From: Alkalispirochaeta sp.
GTDB lineage: Bacteria > Spirochaetota > Spirochaetia > DSM-27196 > Alkalispirochaetaceae
Direction: 5' to 3'
Assembly: GCA_965242725.1 (NCBI GenBank)
Contig: CBDESZ010000034.1
Location: 1 to 64,000 of the forward strand
Length of the DNA: 64,000 nucleotides
Below, piece by piece: positions 1 through 9,745 of this stretch. The notes beneath the pieces are model-generated. The model worked only from the letters and a program-made list of their open reading frames with translations, was not told the origin of the DNA and ran no database searches. The number at the start of each line of letters is the position of its first letter. Within the stretch, counting starts at the first letter, position 1. Position numbers and translations under genes: made by a program.

Positions 1-90
1 GCCGACGGATCATATGACACACATATTCCAGCTATACTCGCCGCAGTCGTCGCCCACCGGAAACGCATCGGCGCGGCAGATACACAATAA
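1..90 (+). CDS. oadG: 3' end of Na+-translocating oxaloacetate decarboxylase gamma subunit (partial)
   Basis: Frame 1 reads ADGSYDTHIPAILAAVVAHRKRIGAADTQ*. The 'AILAAV..H' tail is typical of OadG C-termini and lies directly upstream of oadA-oadB. Confidence 0.7.
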   Translation, partial: ADGSYDTHIPAILAAVVAHRKRIGAADTQ

Positions 91-106
91 TCCTAAGGAG
101 CCCCCT

Positions 107-2014
107 GTGAAACGCAAGATAAATGTAATGGTAACCGCCTTTCGGGACGGTTTTCAGTCGGTATTTGGTGCCCGTGTATTGACCAAAGATTTCCTTCCCG
201 CCCTGGAGGCTGCCAGGGATGCAGGTCTCACCCACTTTGAGATCGGCGGAGGAGCCCGCTTTCAGTCCCTTTACTTCTACTGCAATGAGGACGCCTTTGA
301 CATGATGGACGCGGCCCGTGAAGTCGTCGGTCCCGACGCCAATCTGCAAACACTCTCCAGGGGCGTAAACGTCGTCGGACTCGAAAGTCAGTCTTCGGAT
401 ATGATCAAGATGCACGCGGAACTCTTCAAAAAGCACGGCATTACGACGATCCGGAACTTTGACGCTCTCAATGACATCGATAACCTCGACTACTCGGGCC
501 GCTGCATTGCCGAGGCGGGTCTCCACCACGAAGTTGCAGTCACTCTCATGGGACTCCCCCCGGGACTCTCAGGCGCACATACCGCGGACTATTACATTGA
601 GCGGGTCAAAGCGATTATGGATGCGGAGATTCCCTTCCACTCCCTCGTTCTCAAGGACGCATCGGGTACGGCAATTCCCCAGGTCGTATATGAGGCGGTA
701 AAGGGCGCTAAAAAACTTCTTCCCTCGGACATTCCCCTTCGATTCCACACCCATGACACCGCCGGCACCGGCGTTGCCACCTACACCGCGGCCATTGAAG
801 CGGGCGTCGACGGAATCGACCTTTCCATGGCACCCGTTTCCGGCGGCACCTCACAGCCTGACATTATCGTCATGTGGCACGCCCTGCGGGATACGGACTA
901 CGAGCTGGACATCGATATCACCAAGGTCATGGAGGCGGAAGAGGTCTTCAAGGACGCCATGAAAGACTACTTTTTCCCGCCGGAAGCGTTACGGACCGAG
1001 CCGCTCATCCCCTTTTCACCGATGCCCGGCGGCGCGCTCACCGCAAACACACAGATGATGCGGGACCACAACGTTCTCGATCGCTTCCCCGACGTCATCG
1101 CCGCGATGCGTGAAGTCGTCGAACGGGGAGGTTTCGGGACGTCGGTGACGCCGGTATCTCAATTCTACGTTCAGCAGGCCTTCAATAACGCCATCATCGG
1201 ACCGTGGAAGAAGATCGCCGAAGGGTACGGCATGATGGTTCTTGGATACTTCGGCAAGACGCCGACCAAACCGGACCCGGAAATCGTGAAACTCGCGGCG
1301 GAACAGCTCCAGATGGAACCCACCACGGAGAGCCCCCGGATGATGAACGACAAGGATCCATCAAAGGGTCGCGCCGCGGCGGAAAAGCGGCTCAAGGAAG
1401 AAAACCTTCCCGTCTCGGATGAAAACGTCTTCATCGCGGCGACGTGCAAGGATCGGGGAATATCCTTTCTGAAGGGAGAAGGCCGCGTCCAGGTACGGAA
1501 GTTGACCGGCGAAGGCGAAAATGCGGACGCGGCGACGTCGGGCTCGGCTTCCGGCTCGACCTCAGGCGCCCCAGCCGCTCAGGCCACCGGCGACGCCGAG
1601 GCGTATACGGTCACCGTCGAGGGACGGAGCTACCACGTCACCGTCCAGAACGGTCACGCCGAGATCGCCGGCCATTCCTATCCCCTCCCTGGTGCAGGAA
1701 CACCGGCGTCGGGAGGACCCGGCGGCGGACCCGGTACGGCCGCCCCGGCGCAGCAACCGGCACAGGCCGCCCCCGCACCCGCCCCCGCGGCGGGAGGACA
1801 GGCGTCGGAAGTAAAGGCACCCATGCCCGGCGTCGTCCTTCGTTCCCTTGTACGCCAGGGTGACGCAGTAAAGGCGGGACAGGCGGTGATGATCATGGAA
1901 TGCATGAAAATGGAAATGCAGGTCGAGGCGGAAACGGACGGCACCGTCGCGCAGGTTCACGTCTCCGACGGCCAATCCGTTGAAGCCGACGCGGTACTGG
2001 TGTCGATCTCATGA
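107..2014 (+). CDS. oadA: Oxaloacetate decarboxylase alpha subunit (carboxyltransferase plus biotinyl domain)
   Basis: [15 protein letters not shown] and HTHDT carboxyltransferase motifs; Ala/Pro/Gly linker; biotin motif ECMKME. GTG at 107 is preceded by AAGGAG. Confidence 0.92.
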   Translation: MKRKINVMVTAFRDGFQSVFGARVLTKDFLPALEAARDAGLTHFEIGGGARFQSLYFYCNEDAFDMMDAAREVVGPDANLQTLSRGVNVVGLESQSSDMIKMHAELFKKHGITTIRNFDALNDIDNLDYSGRCIAEAGLHHEVAVTLMGLPPGLSGAHTADYYIERVKAIMDAEIPFHSLVLKDASGTAIPQVVYEAVKGAKKLLPSDIPLRFHTHDTAGTGVATYTAAIEAGVDGIDLSMAPVSGGTSQPDIIVMWHALRDTDYELDIDITKVMEAEEVFKDAMKDYFFPPEALRTEPLIPFSPMPGGALTANTQMMRDHNVLDRFPDVIAAMREVVERGGFGTSVTPVSQFYVQQAFNNAIIGPWKKIAEGYGMMVLGYFGKTPTKPDPEIVKLAAEQLQMEPTTESPRMMNDKDPSKGRAAAEKRLKEENLPVSDENVFIAATCKDRGISFLKGEGRVQVRKLTGEGENADAATSGSASGSTSGAPAAQATGDAEAYTVTVEGRSYHVTVQNGHAEIAGHSYPLPGAGTPASGGPGGGPGTAAPAQQPAQAAPAPAPAAGGQASEVKAPMPGVVLRSLVRQGDAVKAGQAVMIMECMKMEMQVEAETDGTVAQVHVSDGQSVEADAVLVSIS

Positions 2015-3150
2015 ATCTTGCCCAATCCTTTGCCAACCTCTGGCTATCCACCGGAATAACCTCCATTTCCGGTGGACAACTGGTCATGATCGGAATCAGT
2101 CTCGTCCTGATCTATCTGGCGATATCCAAAGGGTTTGAGCCGCTCCTCCTCCTCCCCATCGGCTTCGGGGGGATCCTGGCAAACATACCCATTGCGGCAA
2201 TCGCGGGCCCTGAAGGGTTTCTGGGTATGATCAACGTCGTCGGCCTCGAGACGGGGATATTTCCGCTGCTCATTTTCATGGGCGTCGGCGCCATGACCGA
2301 CTTCGGACCGCTCCTCGCAAATCCGCGGACGGCCCTCCTCGGCGCGGCGGCGCAGTTCGGCATCTTTGCCACCCTCATCGGCGCGCTGGCACTGACGGAG
2401 TACCTTGGATTTGACTTCTCCATCCAGGACGCCGCCTCGATAGGGATCATCGGTGGTGCCGACGGTCCCACGGCAATCTTCCTCTCATCCAAGCTTTCAC
2501 CCGATCTGGTGGGAGCCATCGCGGTGGCGGCGTACAGCTACATGGCGCTGGTACCCATCATACAGCCGCCGATTATGCGCATGCTCACCACGGCGGAACA
2601 GCGCAAAATGGTGATGAAGCAGCTCCGCCCCGTCTCCAAGCGGGAACGCATACTCTTTCCCCTCGTCGTTCTCGGCCTCTGTATCGCCCTCCTGCCCACG
2701 GCGACACCCCTCATCGGTGCGCTCATGTTCGGCAACATCATCAAGGAGTCGGGCGTCACGGAGCGGCTCAACAAGACGCTCCAGAGCGCCTTCATCGACA
2801 GCGTCACGATTCTGCTGGGTCTCGTCGTCGGCTCGAAGCTCCAGGCTGAATACTTCCTGCGCATCGAGACGATCGGAATCCTCCTCCTGGGGCTGATCGC
2901 CTTCTCAATCGGAACGATGGCGGGCATCCTTCTCGCCCAGCTTATGAACAAGGTCTCCAGGATGCAGATCAACCCCCTCATCGGTGCCGCCGGCGTCTCC
3001 GCCGTCCCCATGGCCGCGCGGGTGGTCAACAAGGTAGGCCTGGAAAGCAACCCCCGCAACTTCCTCCTCATGCACGCAATGGGACCCAACGTCGCCGGCG
3101 TCATCGGATCTGCCGTTGCGGCGGGTGTCCTGCTTGCGATGTTCGGATGA
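2011..3150 (+). CDS. oadB: Na+-translocating decarboxylase beta subunit
   Basis: [33 protein letters not shown] and [17 protein letters not shown] motifs; 4-bp overlap with oadA. Confidence 0.96.
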   Translation: MNLAQSFANLWLSTGITSISGGQLVMIGISLVLIYLAISKGFEPLLLLPIGFGGILANIPIAAIAGPEGFLGMINVVGLETGIFPLLIFMGVGAMTDFGPLLANPRTALLGAAAQFGIFATLIGALALTEYLGFDFSIQDAASIGIIGGADGPTAIFLSSKLSPDLVGAIAVAAYSYMALVPIIQPPIMRMLTTAEQRKMVMKQLRPVSKRERILFPLVVLGLCIALLPTATPLIGALMFGNIIKESGVTERLNKTLQSAFIDSVTILLGLVVGSKLQAEYFLRIETIGILLLGLIAFSIGTMAGILLAQLMNKVSRMQINPLIGAAGVSAVPMAARVVNKVGLESNPRNFLLMHAMGPNVAGVIGSAVAAGVLLAMFG

Positions 3151-3184
3151 TTATAGACTGAACTTCGTTCTGCCGGGATTCGCA

Positions 3185-3226
3185 CCCCATCGGTCGGTTC
3201 AAACCGGCTCGATGGGGGTTTTTTTT
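3185..3226 (+). terminator. Rho-independent terminator of oadGAB
   Basis: CCCCATCG-GTCGGT-TCAA-ACCGGCT-CGATGGGG hairpin followed by T8. Confidence 0.85.
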
Positions 3227-3284
3227 GCCCTTTCCGTCACCGCCCGCGCCCCCCGCGCGCCCCGCCGCCGAACCGACGGGAAGG

Positions 3285-3313
3285 AAAAAAAGGGACGCCC
3301 TCAGGCGTCCCTT
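3285..3313 (-). terminator. Rho-independent terminator of the choline/betaine-binding protein gene
   Basis: GGGACGCC-CTCA-GGCGTCCC stem preceded by A7 on + (U-tract on -). Confidence 0.85.
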
Positions 3314-3333
3314 CGCGTTGGTGTGGTGGTTCC

Positions 3334-4323
3334 TCAAATGCCGAGGGCATCCTGCGCCACCGGAAGTGCCGGTTCGCCGTCAACCGTTTCAACGCCTTCC
3401 AGCCATTCCGCGAGAATCGCCGGATTTTCCTGCAGCCACGCTCTGGCCGCTTCCCGTGCATCGGCGCCTTCACCGATTTCACCCATGATCGCACCCTCCA
3501 TTTCCAGAGTGAAATAGAGATTGTTAAAGAACTGCGCCAGATTGGGATACTCCTCAAGGAATCCGACCCGGAAGTTGGTATAGACCGTCGCGGCACCGTA
3601 GTCGGGACCGAAGTAGTCATCACCGCCTGAGAGGTATTCCATATCCAGATAGTTGTTCATCGGATGGGGAGCCCAGCCGAGAAAGACGATCGGTTCTTCA
3701 TCGGGAAATCGTGCCTGAGCTTCCGCGAGCATGCCCGCTTCACTTGAGGCGGCGACTTCAAATTCTCCGAGACCAAAGGCGTCCTCATTGATCATCTGCC
3801 AGATGAGCTGATTTCCGTCGTTCCCCGCCTCGATACCGTGGATTGTGTACTCCAGCTCCTCACCGAATTCGGCAATGTCGGAAAAATCGGTCAGGCCCGC
3901 ATTGTATAGATAGGACGGAACGGCGAGGGTGTATTTGGCGCCTTCAAGGTTGACGGGGCCCTGTTTCACCGTACCTTCATCAAAGTACTGATTGGCGATC
4001 GTTCCCATGGAGGGCATCCAGTTTCCGAGAAAAACGTCGACGTCACCACCCGCCATACCTTCATACGCCATCGGAACGGCGACGGATACCGACGTTGTCT
4101 CATAGCCGATCGCCTCCAGTACGAGCCGTGTCGTCGCGGTGGTGGCAATGATGTCGGTCCAGGCCACTTCCGCAAAATCAACGGTCGTTGCCTCGGGAGT
4201 CATCTCCTCCTGTGCGGGAGCTGCGGCTTCCGCCTCCGCCTCGCCCTGACCACCGGCAAGCACAAGTCCTGACAGGGCAATGAATAAGGTCATCACCATC
4301 AATAGTTTTCTTGTTGCGTTCAT
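3334..4323 (-). CDS. Choline/glycine-betaine ABC transporter substrate-binding protein (ChoX/OpuAC family)
   Basis: WTDIIATT, DVFLGNWMPS, GAKYTLAVP, GIEAGNDGN and VFLGWAPHPMN motifs. AGGAGGA lies 10 nt upstream of ATG 4323. Confidence 0.9.
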   Translation of the reverse strand: MNATRKLLMVMTLFIALSGLVLAGGQGEAEAEAAAPAQEEMTPEATTVDFAEVAWTDIIATTATTRLVLEAIGYETTSVSVAVPMAYEGMAGGDVDVFLGNWMPSMGTIANQYFDEGTVKQGPVNLEGAKYTLAVPSYLYNAGLTDFSDIAEFGEELEYTIHGIEAGNDGNQLIWQMINEDAFGLGEFEVAASSEAGMLAEAQARFPDEEPIVFLGWAPHPMNNYLDMEYLSGGDDYFGPDYGAATVYTNFRVGFLEEYPNLAQFFNNLYFTLEMEGAIMGEIGEGADAREAARAWLQENPAILAEWLEGVETVDGEPALPVAQDALGI

Positions 4324-4508
4324 AATCAACATATCCTCCTCTATTGTTTATTGTACTAAATATTACCCCCATATAACGGTATATTCAAGGGTAATTATTG
4401 CGTCATAAAAACTTTTTTGACTCGGATTCTCCGCGAAGTAACGTGTTTCGTAATCGAGTATTCCCGTAAATATCTATATAGTTGGTATTTACAACGGAGT
4501 CGACGGGC

Positions 4509-4541
4509 TTGCGCTGCGATCAAAAATACTGTACAGTATTT
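4509..4541 (+). promoter_or_regulatory. Sigma70-type promoter of the SDR-betB operon overlapped by a perfect 18-bp palindrome
   Basis: TTGCGC(4509)-17 nt-TACAGT(4532); AAATACTGTACAGTATTT at 4524-4541 is self-complementary. Confidence 0.7.
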
Positions 4542-4635
4542 AAACTTGTTCCGCTAAAGTTTATGGCACTACACGTAATTTGCGAAATAGCGGGAATTGT
4601 ATCAGAAATCTATTTTTAAAAGAGAGGAACGAGAT

Positions 4636-5472
4636 ATGAGTGAACAGTACTTGAAAGGTCGAGTTGCGATGGTAACCGGCGGCGCATCGGGAATGGGACG
4701 CGCCATGGCGCTTGCTTTTGCCCAGGCCGGAGCCGACGTCGGTATCGGCTCCCTTCTCAGCGACGCTCCCGCCAAGAACGCCGAAGGCGAACTGGTAAAC
4801 CGACCGGGGCGGGCGGAACTTGAGAAGACAAAGAAGGATATAGAATCATGCGGTGTACGTTGTGTCGCCGTCGATCTTGACGTCACCAACACTGAAAGCG
4901 TTAAAAAATTTCACAAGGCCGTCGTCGACGGACTTGGCGAGGTGGACATCCTTGCCAATGCGGCAGGCATCACGGCGGAACAGACGGTCACCGGTCATAC
5001 CGAGTCGCTGTGGCTCAAGGTCATGGACGTCAACGCCAACGGCGTGTACCGCGTTACCCGTGAAGTACTACCCGGCATGATAGAGCGACGCTGGGGTCGG
5101 GTTATCAACATCGCCTCCACCGCTGCAAGCGTCGGGGCGCCGATGTCGCCTGCGTACTGCGCAAGCAAGGCGGCCGTGGCCGGCTTCACCCGCGCCATCG
5201 CACAGGAAGGGGCGGAAGCGCTCGTCACCGCCAACAGCATCAGCCCCGGATGGGTGGAAACGACGTTCGGCGTTGAATGGCTCAGTGATATCGCGGAAAA
5301 GCAGATGCACACAAAGGGTGACCTCTTTATCCAGCAGCAGAAGGCGGAAAACCCCCAGAAGCGGATGATTCAGCCCCTTGAAATCGGCGCACTTGCCGCA
5401 TTTCTCTGTCGCGATGAAGCGGTCGGCATAACCGGTCAGGATCTCACCGTTTCCGCCGGTTCCCTCTGGTAA
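4636..5472 (+). CDS. Short-chain dehydrogenase/reductase (classical SDR)
   Basis: TGGASGMG, NAAG, YCASK and ISPGWVET motifs; GAGG RBS before ATG 4636. Confidence 0.92.
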   Translation: MSEQYLKGRVAMVTGGASGMGRAMALAFAQAGADVGIGSLLSDAPAKNAEGELVNRPGRAELEKTKKDIESCGVRCVAVDLDVTNTESVKKFHKAVVDGLGEVDILANAAGITAEQTVTGHTESLWLKVMDVNANGVYRVTREVLPGMIERRWGRVINIASTAASVGAPMSPAYCASKAAVAGFTRAIAQEGAEALVTANSISPGWVETTFGVEWLSDIAEKQMHTKGDLFIQQQKAENPQKRMIQPLEIGALAAFLCRDEAVGITGQDLTVSAGSLW

Positions 5473-5490
5473 TCGTACGGGGAGGAGCGT

Positions 5491-6993
5491 ATGGAGAAAT
5501 ATCTGAAGAAAAACAGAACGGGAAAGATGTACATCGACGGAGAGTGGCGGGAAGCCGCTTCCGGTAAAACGAGAGATATCATCTATCCCTTTGACCAGCG
5601 CCACATCGCCACCGTAACCGACGGTGACGTCGCGGATGCCCGGGCGGCAATTGCCGCCGCCCGTCGCGCATTTGACTCTGGTGAATGGGCCAACACCCCG
5701 GCCGGCGAGCGAGGCGCCCTTGTCGGAAAGCTGGCGGACCTTATAGAACGGGATGCGGAAGAGCTGGCGGCCCTTGAAAGCTGGGACACCGCAAAGACGA
5801 TGGAAGAGAGCCGTTGGGATATGGCGGATATCGCGGGAATCTTCCGCTACTACGCGGGCCTGGCCGACAAGGACGGCGGCGAGGTCATCGCGACGCCCAT
5901 TGCCAACACATCAAGCCGACTTGTCCGTGAGCCCGTCGGTGTGTGCGGACAGATCTCCCCGTGGAACTATCCCCTTCTTCAGGCGTCTTGGAAGATGGCC
6001 CCCGCCCTCGCCGCGGGAAATACAATCGTCATGAAGCCAAGTGAAGACACTCCACTGACGACGATTAAGGTCACCGAGCTTGCCGAGGAGGCGGGGTTTC
6101 CCAAAGGTGTCGTCAACCTCGTGCTCGGCCCAGGCTCGACGGTGGGCAACGAACTTGCGGAAAGCGTCGATGTAGATCTCATCAGTTTTACCGGCGGTAT
6201 CCAGACGGGCCGCTCCATCATGAAAGCCGCCACGGGAAACATGAAGAAGATCGCCTTTGAACTGGGTGGCAAGAACCCAAACATCATCTTTGCCGACACC
6301 GATTTTGAACTTGCCGTGGACTACGTCCTCAACGGCATCTTCTTTCACGCCGGACAGGTGTGCTCGGCAGGGGCACGCCTCATCGTGGAGGACTCCCTTC
6401 ACGACAGGCTCATCGCGGCGGTGGTGGAACGGGCAAAGAAGATCCGTATGGGAGACGCCTTTGACCCCGAAACGGAGATGGGGCCCCTCATTTCCGAGAA
6501 ACACCGCGCCAAAGTGGAGAACTACATCAAAATCGGCAAGGAAGAGGGAGCAAAACTCGTCCTCGGCGGAGAACGCCCCAGCGACAAGGCGCTGCAAAAG
6601 GGATTTTTCGTCATGCCGACGATTTTCACCGACTGCGACACCTCGATGCGCATCGTCCAGGAAGAGGTTTTCGGACCGGTCCTGACGGTTGAACGCTTCA
6701 AGACGGAAGAAGAGGCTATAAAAATCGCCAACGATACGACCTACGGACTCTCAGGCGCGGTATGGACCCGCGACCAGGATCGGGCCCACCGCGTATCGTC
6801 GGCCCTCCGCATGGGCACCGTCTGGATCAACGATTTCAATATCTACTTTGCCCAGGCGCCGTGGGGCGGATACAAGCAGTCAGGTATCGGTCGCGAGCTT
6901 GGCGCGATGGGACTTGAAGAGTATACGGAAGTGAAACATGTCTACCAGAATCACGCCACCAAACCGGTCGGCTGGTTCGGCAAAGGCAGCTGA
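5491..6993 (+). CDS. betB: Betaine aldehyde dehydrogenase (GbsA/BetB-like ALDH)
   Basis: PWNYPLLQASWK, FELGGKNP, HAGQVCSAG, EEVFGPV and APWGGYKQSG motifs. Resembles GbsA-type BADH and sits next to a choline-binding protein gene. Confidence 0.85.
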   Translation: MEKYLKKNRTGKMYIDGEWREAASGKTRDIIYPFDQRHIATVTDGDVADARAAIAAARRAFDSGEWANTPAGERGALVGKLADLIERDAEELAALESWDTAKTMEESRWDMADIAGIFRYYAGLADKDGGEVIATPIANTSSRLVREPVGVCGQISPWNYPLLQASWKMAPALAAGNTIVMKPSEDTPLTTIKVTELAEEAGFPKGVVNLVLGPGSTVGNELAESVDVDLISFTGGIQTGRSIMKAATGNMKKIAFELGGKNPNIIFADTDFELAVDYVLNGIFFHAGQVCSAGARLIVEDSLHDRLIAAVVERAKKIRMGDAFDPETEMGPLISEKHRAKVENYIKIGKEEGAKLVLGGERPSDKALQKGFFVMPTIFTDCDTSMRIVQEEVFGPVLTVERFKTEEEAIKIANDTTYGLSGAVWTRDQDRAHRVSSALRMGTVWINDFNIYFAQAPWGGYKQSGIGRELGAMGLEEYTEVKHVYQNHATKPVGWFGKGS

Positions 6994-7013
6994 TCCGACG
7001 GATCGGCATCATG

Positions 7014-7040
7014 GCGCGTCTTCGGACGCGTTTTTTTTTT
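7014..7040 (+). terminator. Rho-independent terminator after betB
   Basis: GCGCGTC-TTCG-GACGCG followed by T10. Confidence 0.9.
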
Positions 7041-7080
7041 GCGCCCCCGGGATCTCCGGAGGAATCCATGCCGGACAAAT

Positions 7081-8406
7081 CTATACGCCGGAACGAGTCC
7101 ACCTGTCCTGGAGGGCGACCTCATAGATCGTGTTGTACCGTGCGGTCTGAAAGGCGATGACCCCGGATATCCCCGCGGGAACGCCAAAGGACGGCGCAAA
7201 CACCTCCATCGCCAGAATCGCCGCCGCCAGCGGAACGTTTACCGTACTTGCGAGAGTACCTGCAAAACCGGCGACGACAAGAGAGGTATAGGCGTGGCCG
7301 CCCGCGGGAAATCCGAAGAACAGCGCAATTGCGGCCCCGGTGAACATGCCGATGAGTGCCGCAGGGCCCGTGAATCCGGCGCTCATACCCGAGGCGACGG
7401 TAAAACAGGTGGCAACCATTTTTGCCAGGAGGAACACAACCAGTAACAGTCCCCCTGACAGGGGAAGCCATCGGATCGCGAGACCGTCAATGTCCCCGAT
7501 ACTTACAAAAATGGATAGACGAGCGGAGGTGCCGTAGATAAGCGGATGAATAGACAGTCCGACAAGCGCCGCAACCGCCATACCTGCGGCGAGACGCAGA
7601 ATGACATACCTGTTTTTTCTCCTTCCCAGATGATGTGCCATTCCGCGGTAGAGGGCGGTGTACAGACGACCGACGAGACCGCTAGCAAGACCGACGACGA
7701 CGATAGGACCAAACTCCAGCGCCTCCGGTGCGTAGGCGGTGACGGCGATCTGAAAGGGCGCGGTCCACCCCAGAATCTCCATGAGAAAGACCGCCGTGGA
7801 AGACGAAAGAATCGCAGGAAAGAGCTGATGATATCGCAGTTGATCCCGCTGAATCACTTCAACGGAGAAGACCGCTCCCGCAATGGGCGCACCGAAAACC
7901 GCCGCAACGGCGGCGGCCATTCCGACGATGGCCGCCGTTGTCGGCGCGTAGTAGTGTGTCTCATGCTCCTCACTGTCGACGAACAGGGACGGAATGAGTT
8001 TTTGAAGGAATATCGTGATCGACTGGGATATGCCGGCGCTGACCCGACCCAGGGGGGCGACCATTCCCCCGCTCCCCCAGAAACCGAGGGACGCAAGTGC
8101 GGCGGGATACTTGATGAGCGTATCCTTTAACGGTAATACGCCGTCCCTGTCTCCGATTGCATCGAGGTACGCCGGAATTCCTTCACCGGCCGCACCGGGA
8201 GCCAGTCGGTACAGGACGAGTCCCACCAGGAGGGCACTCAGAATCGCGTCGACGACGGGATGCACAAGTGCAACGGAGCGGTATGCAGGCAGAAAGGAGA
8301 GAAAAAAGTCGAAGGATCGTACGAGAATCGCCCCGCATGTCCCGGCGACCACGCCCTGAACCGCCCACCTGAGGAGGAACTTGCCGCCGATGGAGTTACC
8401 CTTCAT
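7081..8406 (-). CDS. CLC-family anion channel/transporter
   Basis: GEGIP, FGAPIAGAVFSVEV, SGMSAGFTGP, NVPLAAAIL and TIYE motifs; multiple TM helices. Confidence 0.88.
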   Translation of the reverse strand: MKGNSIGGKFLLRWAVQGVVAGTCGAILVRSFDFFLSFLPAYRSVALVHPVVDAILSALLVGLVLYRLAPGAAGEGIPAYLDAIGDRDGVLPLKDTLIKYPAALASLGFWGSGGMVAPLGRVSAGISQSITIFLQKLIPSLFVDSEEHETHYYAPTTAAIVGMAAAVAAVFGAPIAGAVFSVEVIQRDQLRYHQLFPAILSSSTAVFLMEILGWTAPFQIAVTAYAPEALEFGPIVVVGLASGLVGRLYTALYRGMAHHLGRRKNRYVILRLAAGMAVAALVGLSIHPLIYGTSARLSIFVSIGDIDGLAIRWLPLSGGLLLVVFLLAKMVATCFTVASGMSAGFTGPAALIGMFTGAAIALFFGFPAGGHAYTSLVVAGFAGTLASTVNVPLAAAILAMEVFAPSFGVPAGISGVIAFQTARYNTIYEVALQDRWTRSGV

Positions 8407-8457
8407 AACGAACCACAGTATACGTCGATTGATCCGAATCGTGCCAATTGCGTCAAT

Positions 8458-9492
8458 TCAGAGAGGAACGGTAATTGTCACAATCGTTCCGTCGTCACTG
8501 TGATACTCCACCGTCCCGTCCAGGCGCTCCACCAGAAAGCGGACGATCGTTGTTCCCAGTCCCGTCGATGCGGAACTCCGAGAATCGAATCCGTCGGGAA
8601 GGCCTATTCCATTATCCCTGATGACGAGCACAAGATGATCCGAACGATTCCGCAATTGCAGGTGCAGTTCCGGTCGCCGGACGCCTTCAAAGGCATAGAA
8701 GAGGGTGTTCGTCATCAGCTCGTTGGCCACCATTCCCAGTGTTCCGAGGGTGCTCGCCGGAATCGTCCGATCATCTACAGTGACGTTCAATTCGACCGGA
8801 GGATCGGGATCAAAGGTCTCGATAATCGCGGCTACCAGGGATGAGAAGTACGCCAGAGGCGAAAGGTTGTCGTGGTCGTCGGTGACGGCGAGCCGTTCAT
8901 GAAGCAGCTCAATCGCCCGTATGCGGCTGACCGCCTCGTGAAGGTACGCCGAGAGGCTCATGTTGTTGCTGTCCTGCGCCTGCAGCGACAGGAGGGAGGT
9001 GACCGTCTGGAGGCTGTTTTTCATGCGATGATGGGTTTCCCGTTCCCGCATTTCATGAGTCGCAGTCTGCGTGTGGAGGGCACTGATTTCCCGCTCCATC
9101 GCCATCACCGTCTTCAGGTGGTGGCCGGCGAATTCGGTCAGCGGGATATCCGCCACGTCGGGGAGAGCCGCGTCTCCAAGGAGGAGATGTCCGAACAGTA
9201 CTTCCTCACAGAAAATGGGAAGCACAAAGGTCCCTCCGATGATGGAGCCTTTTTCGACCCCGTCGGAAGCCGGACGGGGCTGTGTGTGAAGTCGAGCCGT
9301 GAGGGAGTAGCCGAGCGTCCGTTCTATCTCCGTCAACGGGGTGGGCAGCGATTTCTCCACGCCCGAGGGATAGAACGCCGGCGTACCGCTCTTGCGATCT
9401 GAATATACATGTATCGCACACACCGCAGCCCCGGCGGCTGCACGAACCACACCTGCTGTGGTGCGGTACGTGTCGGCAAAACACGACTCCAT
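8458..9492 (-). CDS. Cytoplasmic sensor histidine kinase (HisKA_2/HWE-like), GAF-like N-terminus
   Basis: ETHHRMKNSLQ H-box, NELMTN N-box, RDNGIG and GLGTTIV G-boxes; no TM segments. Confidence 0.85.
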   Translation of the reverse strand: MESCFADTYRTTAGVVRAAAGAAVCAIHVYSDRKSGTPAFYPSGVEKSLPTPLTEIERTLGYSLTARLHTQPRPASDGVEKGSIIGGTFVLPIFCEEVLFGHLLLGDAALPDVADIPLTEFAGHHLKTVMAMEREISALHTQTATHEMRERETHHRMKNSLQTVTSLLSLQAQDSNNMSLSAYLHEAVSRIRAIELLHERLAVTDDHDNLSPLAYFSSLVAAIIETFDPDPPVELNVTVDDRTIPASTLGTLGMVANELMTNTLFYAFEGVRRPELHLQLRNRSDHLVLVIRDNGIGLPDGFDSRSSASTGLGTTIVRFLVERLDGTVEYHSDDGTIVTITVPL

Positions 9493-9745
9493 AAGGGATC
9501 TTCCTTTGGTTAATTTTTGTACTTTTTGATAAAAACGAGAACGTTGTTGTTATTCTATAATTGCCGGTTTCAATGTTTTTATCGTCCCCGGCCCGATAAG
9601 TATAGCACGACTACGGGGGCACGCAAGAACGATTAGCTCCCCATGATGTGGAGAAAGGTATTCACAATGGCGGCCGATCGTCGAGGTGCATTCCTCCACG
9701 ACCGGTCGCGCTCAATGTGACGCACGTTCAATTCAGATAACGAAA

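Noticed and set aside
1500..1810. GC-rich repetitive stretch in oadA
   Set aside because: Encodes the normal Ala/Pro/Gly linker to the biotinyl domain.
1893..1916. ECMKME instead of EAMKME biotinylation motif
   Set aside because: The MKM core is intact; a minor variant.
9670..9709. 17-bp imperfect hairpin downstream of fabF
   Set aside because: No U-tract or recognisable RNA motif; probably a 3' stabilising stem, so not called as ncRNA.
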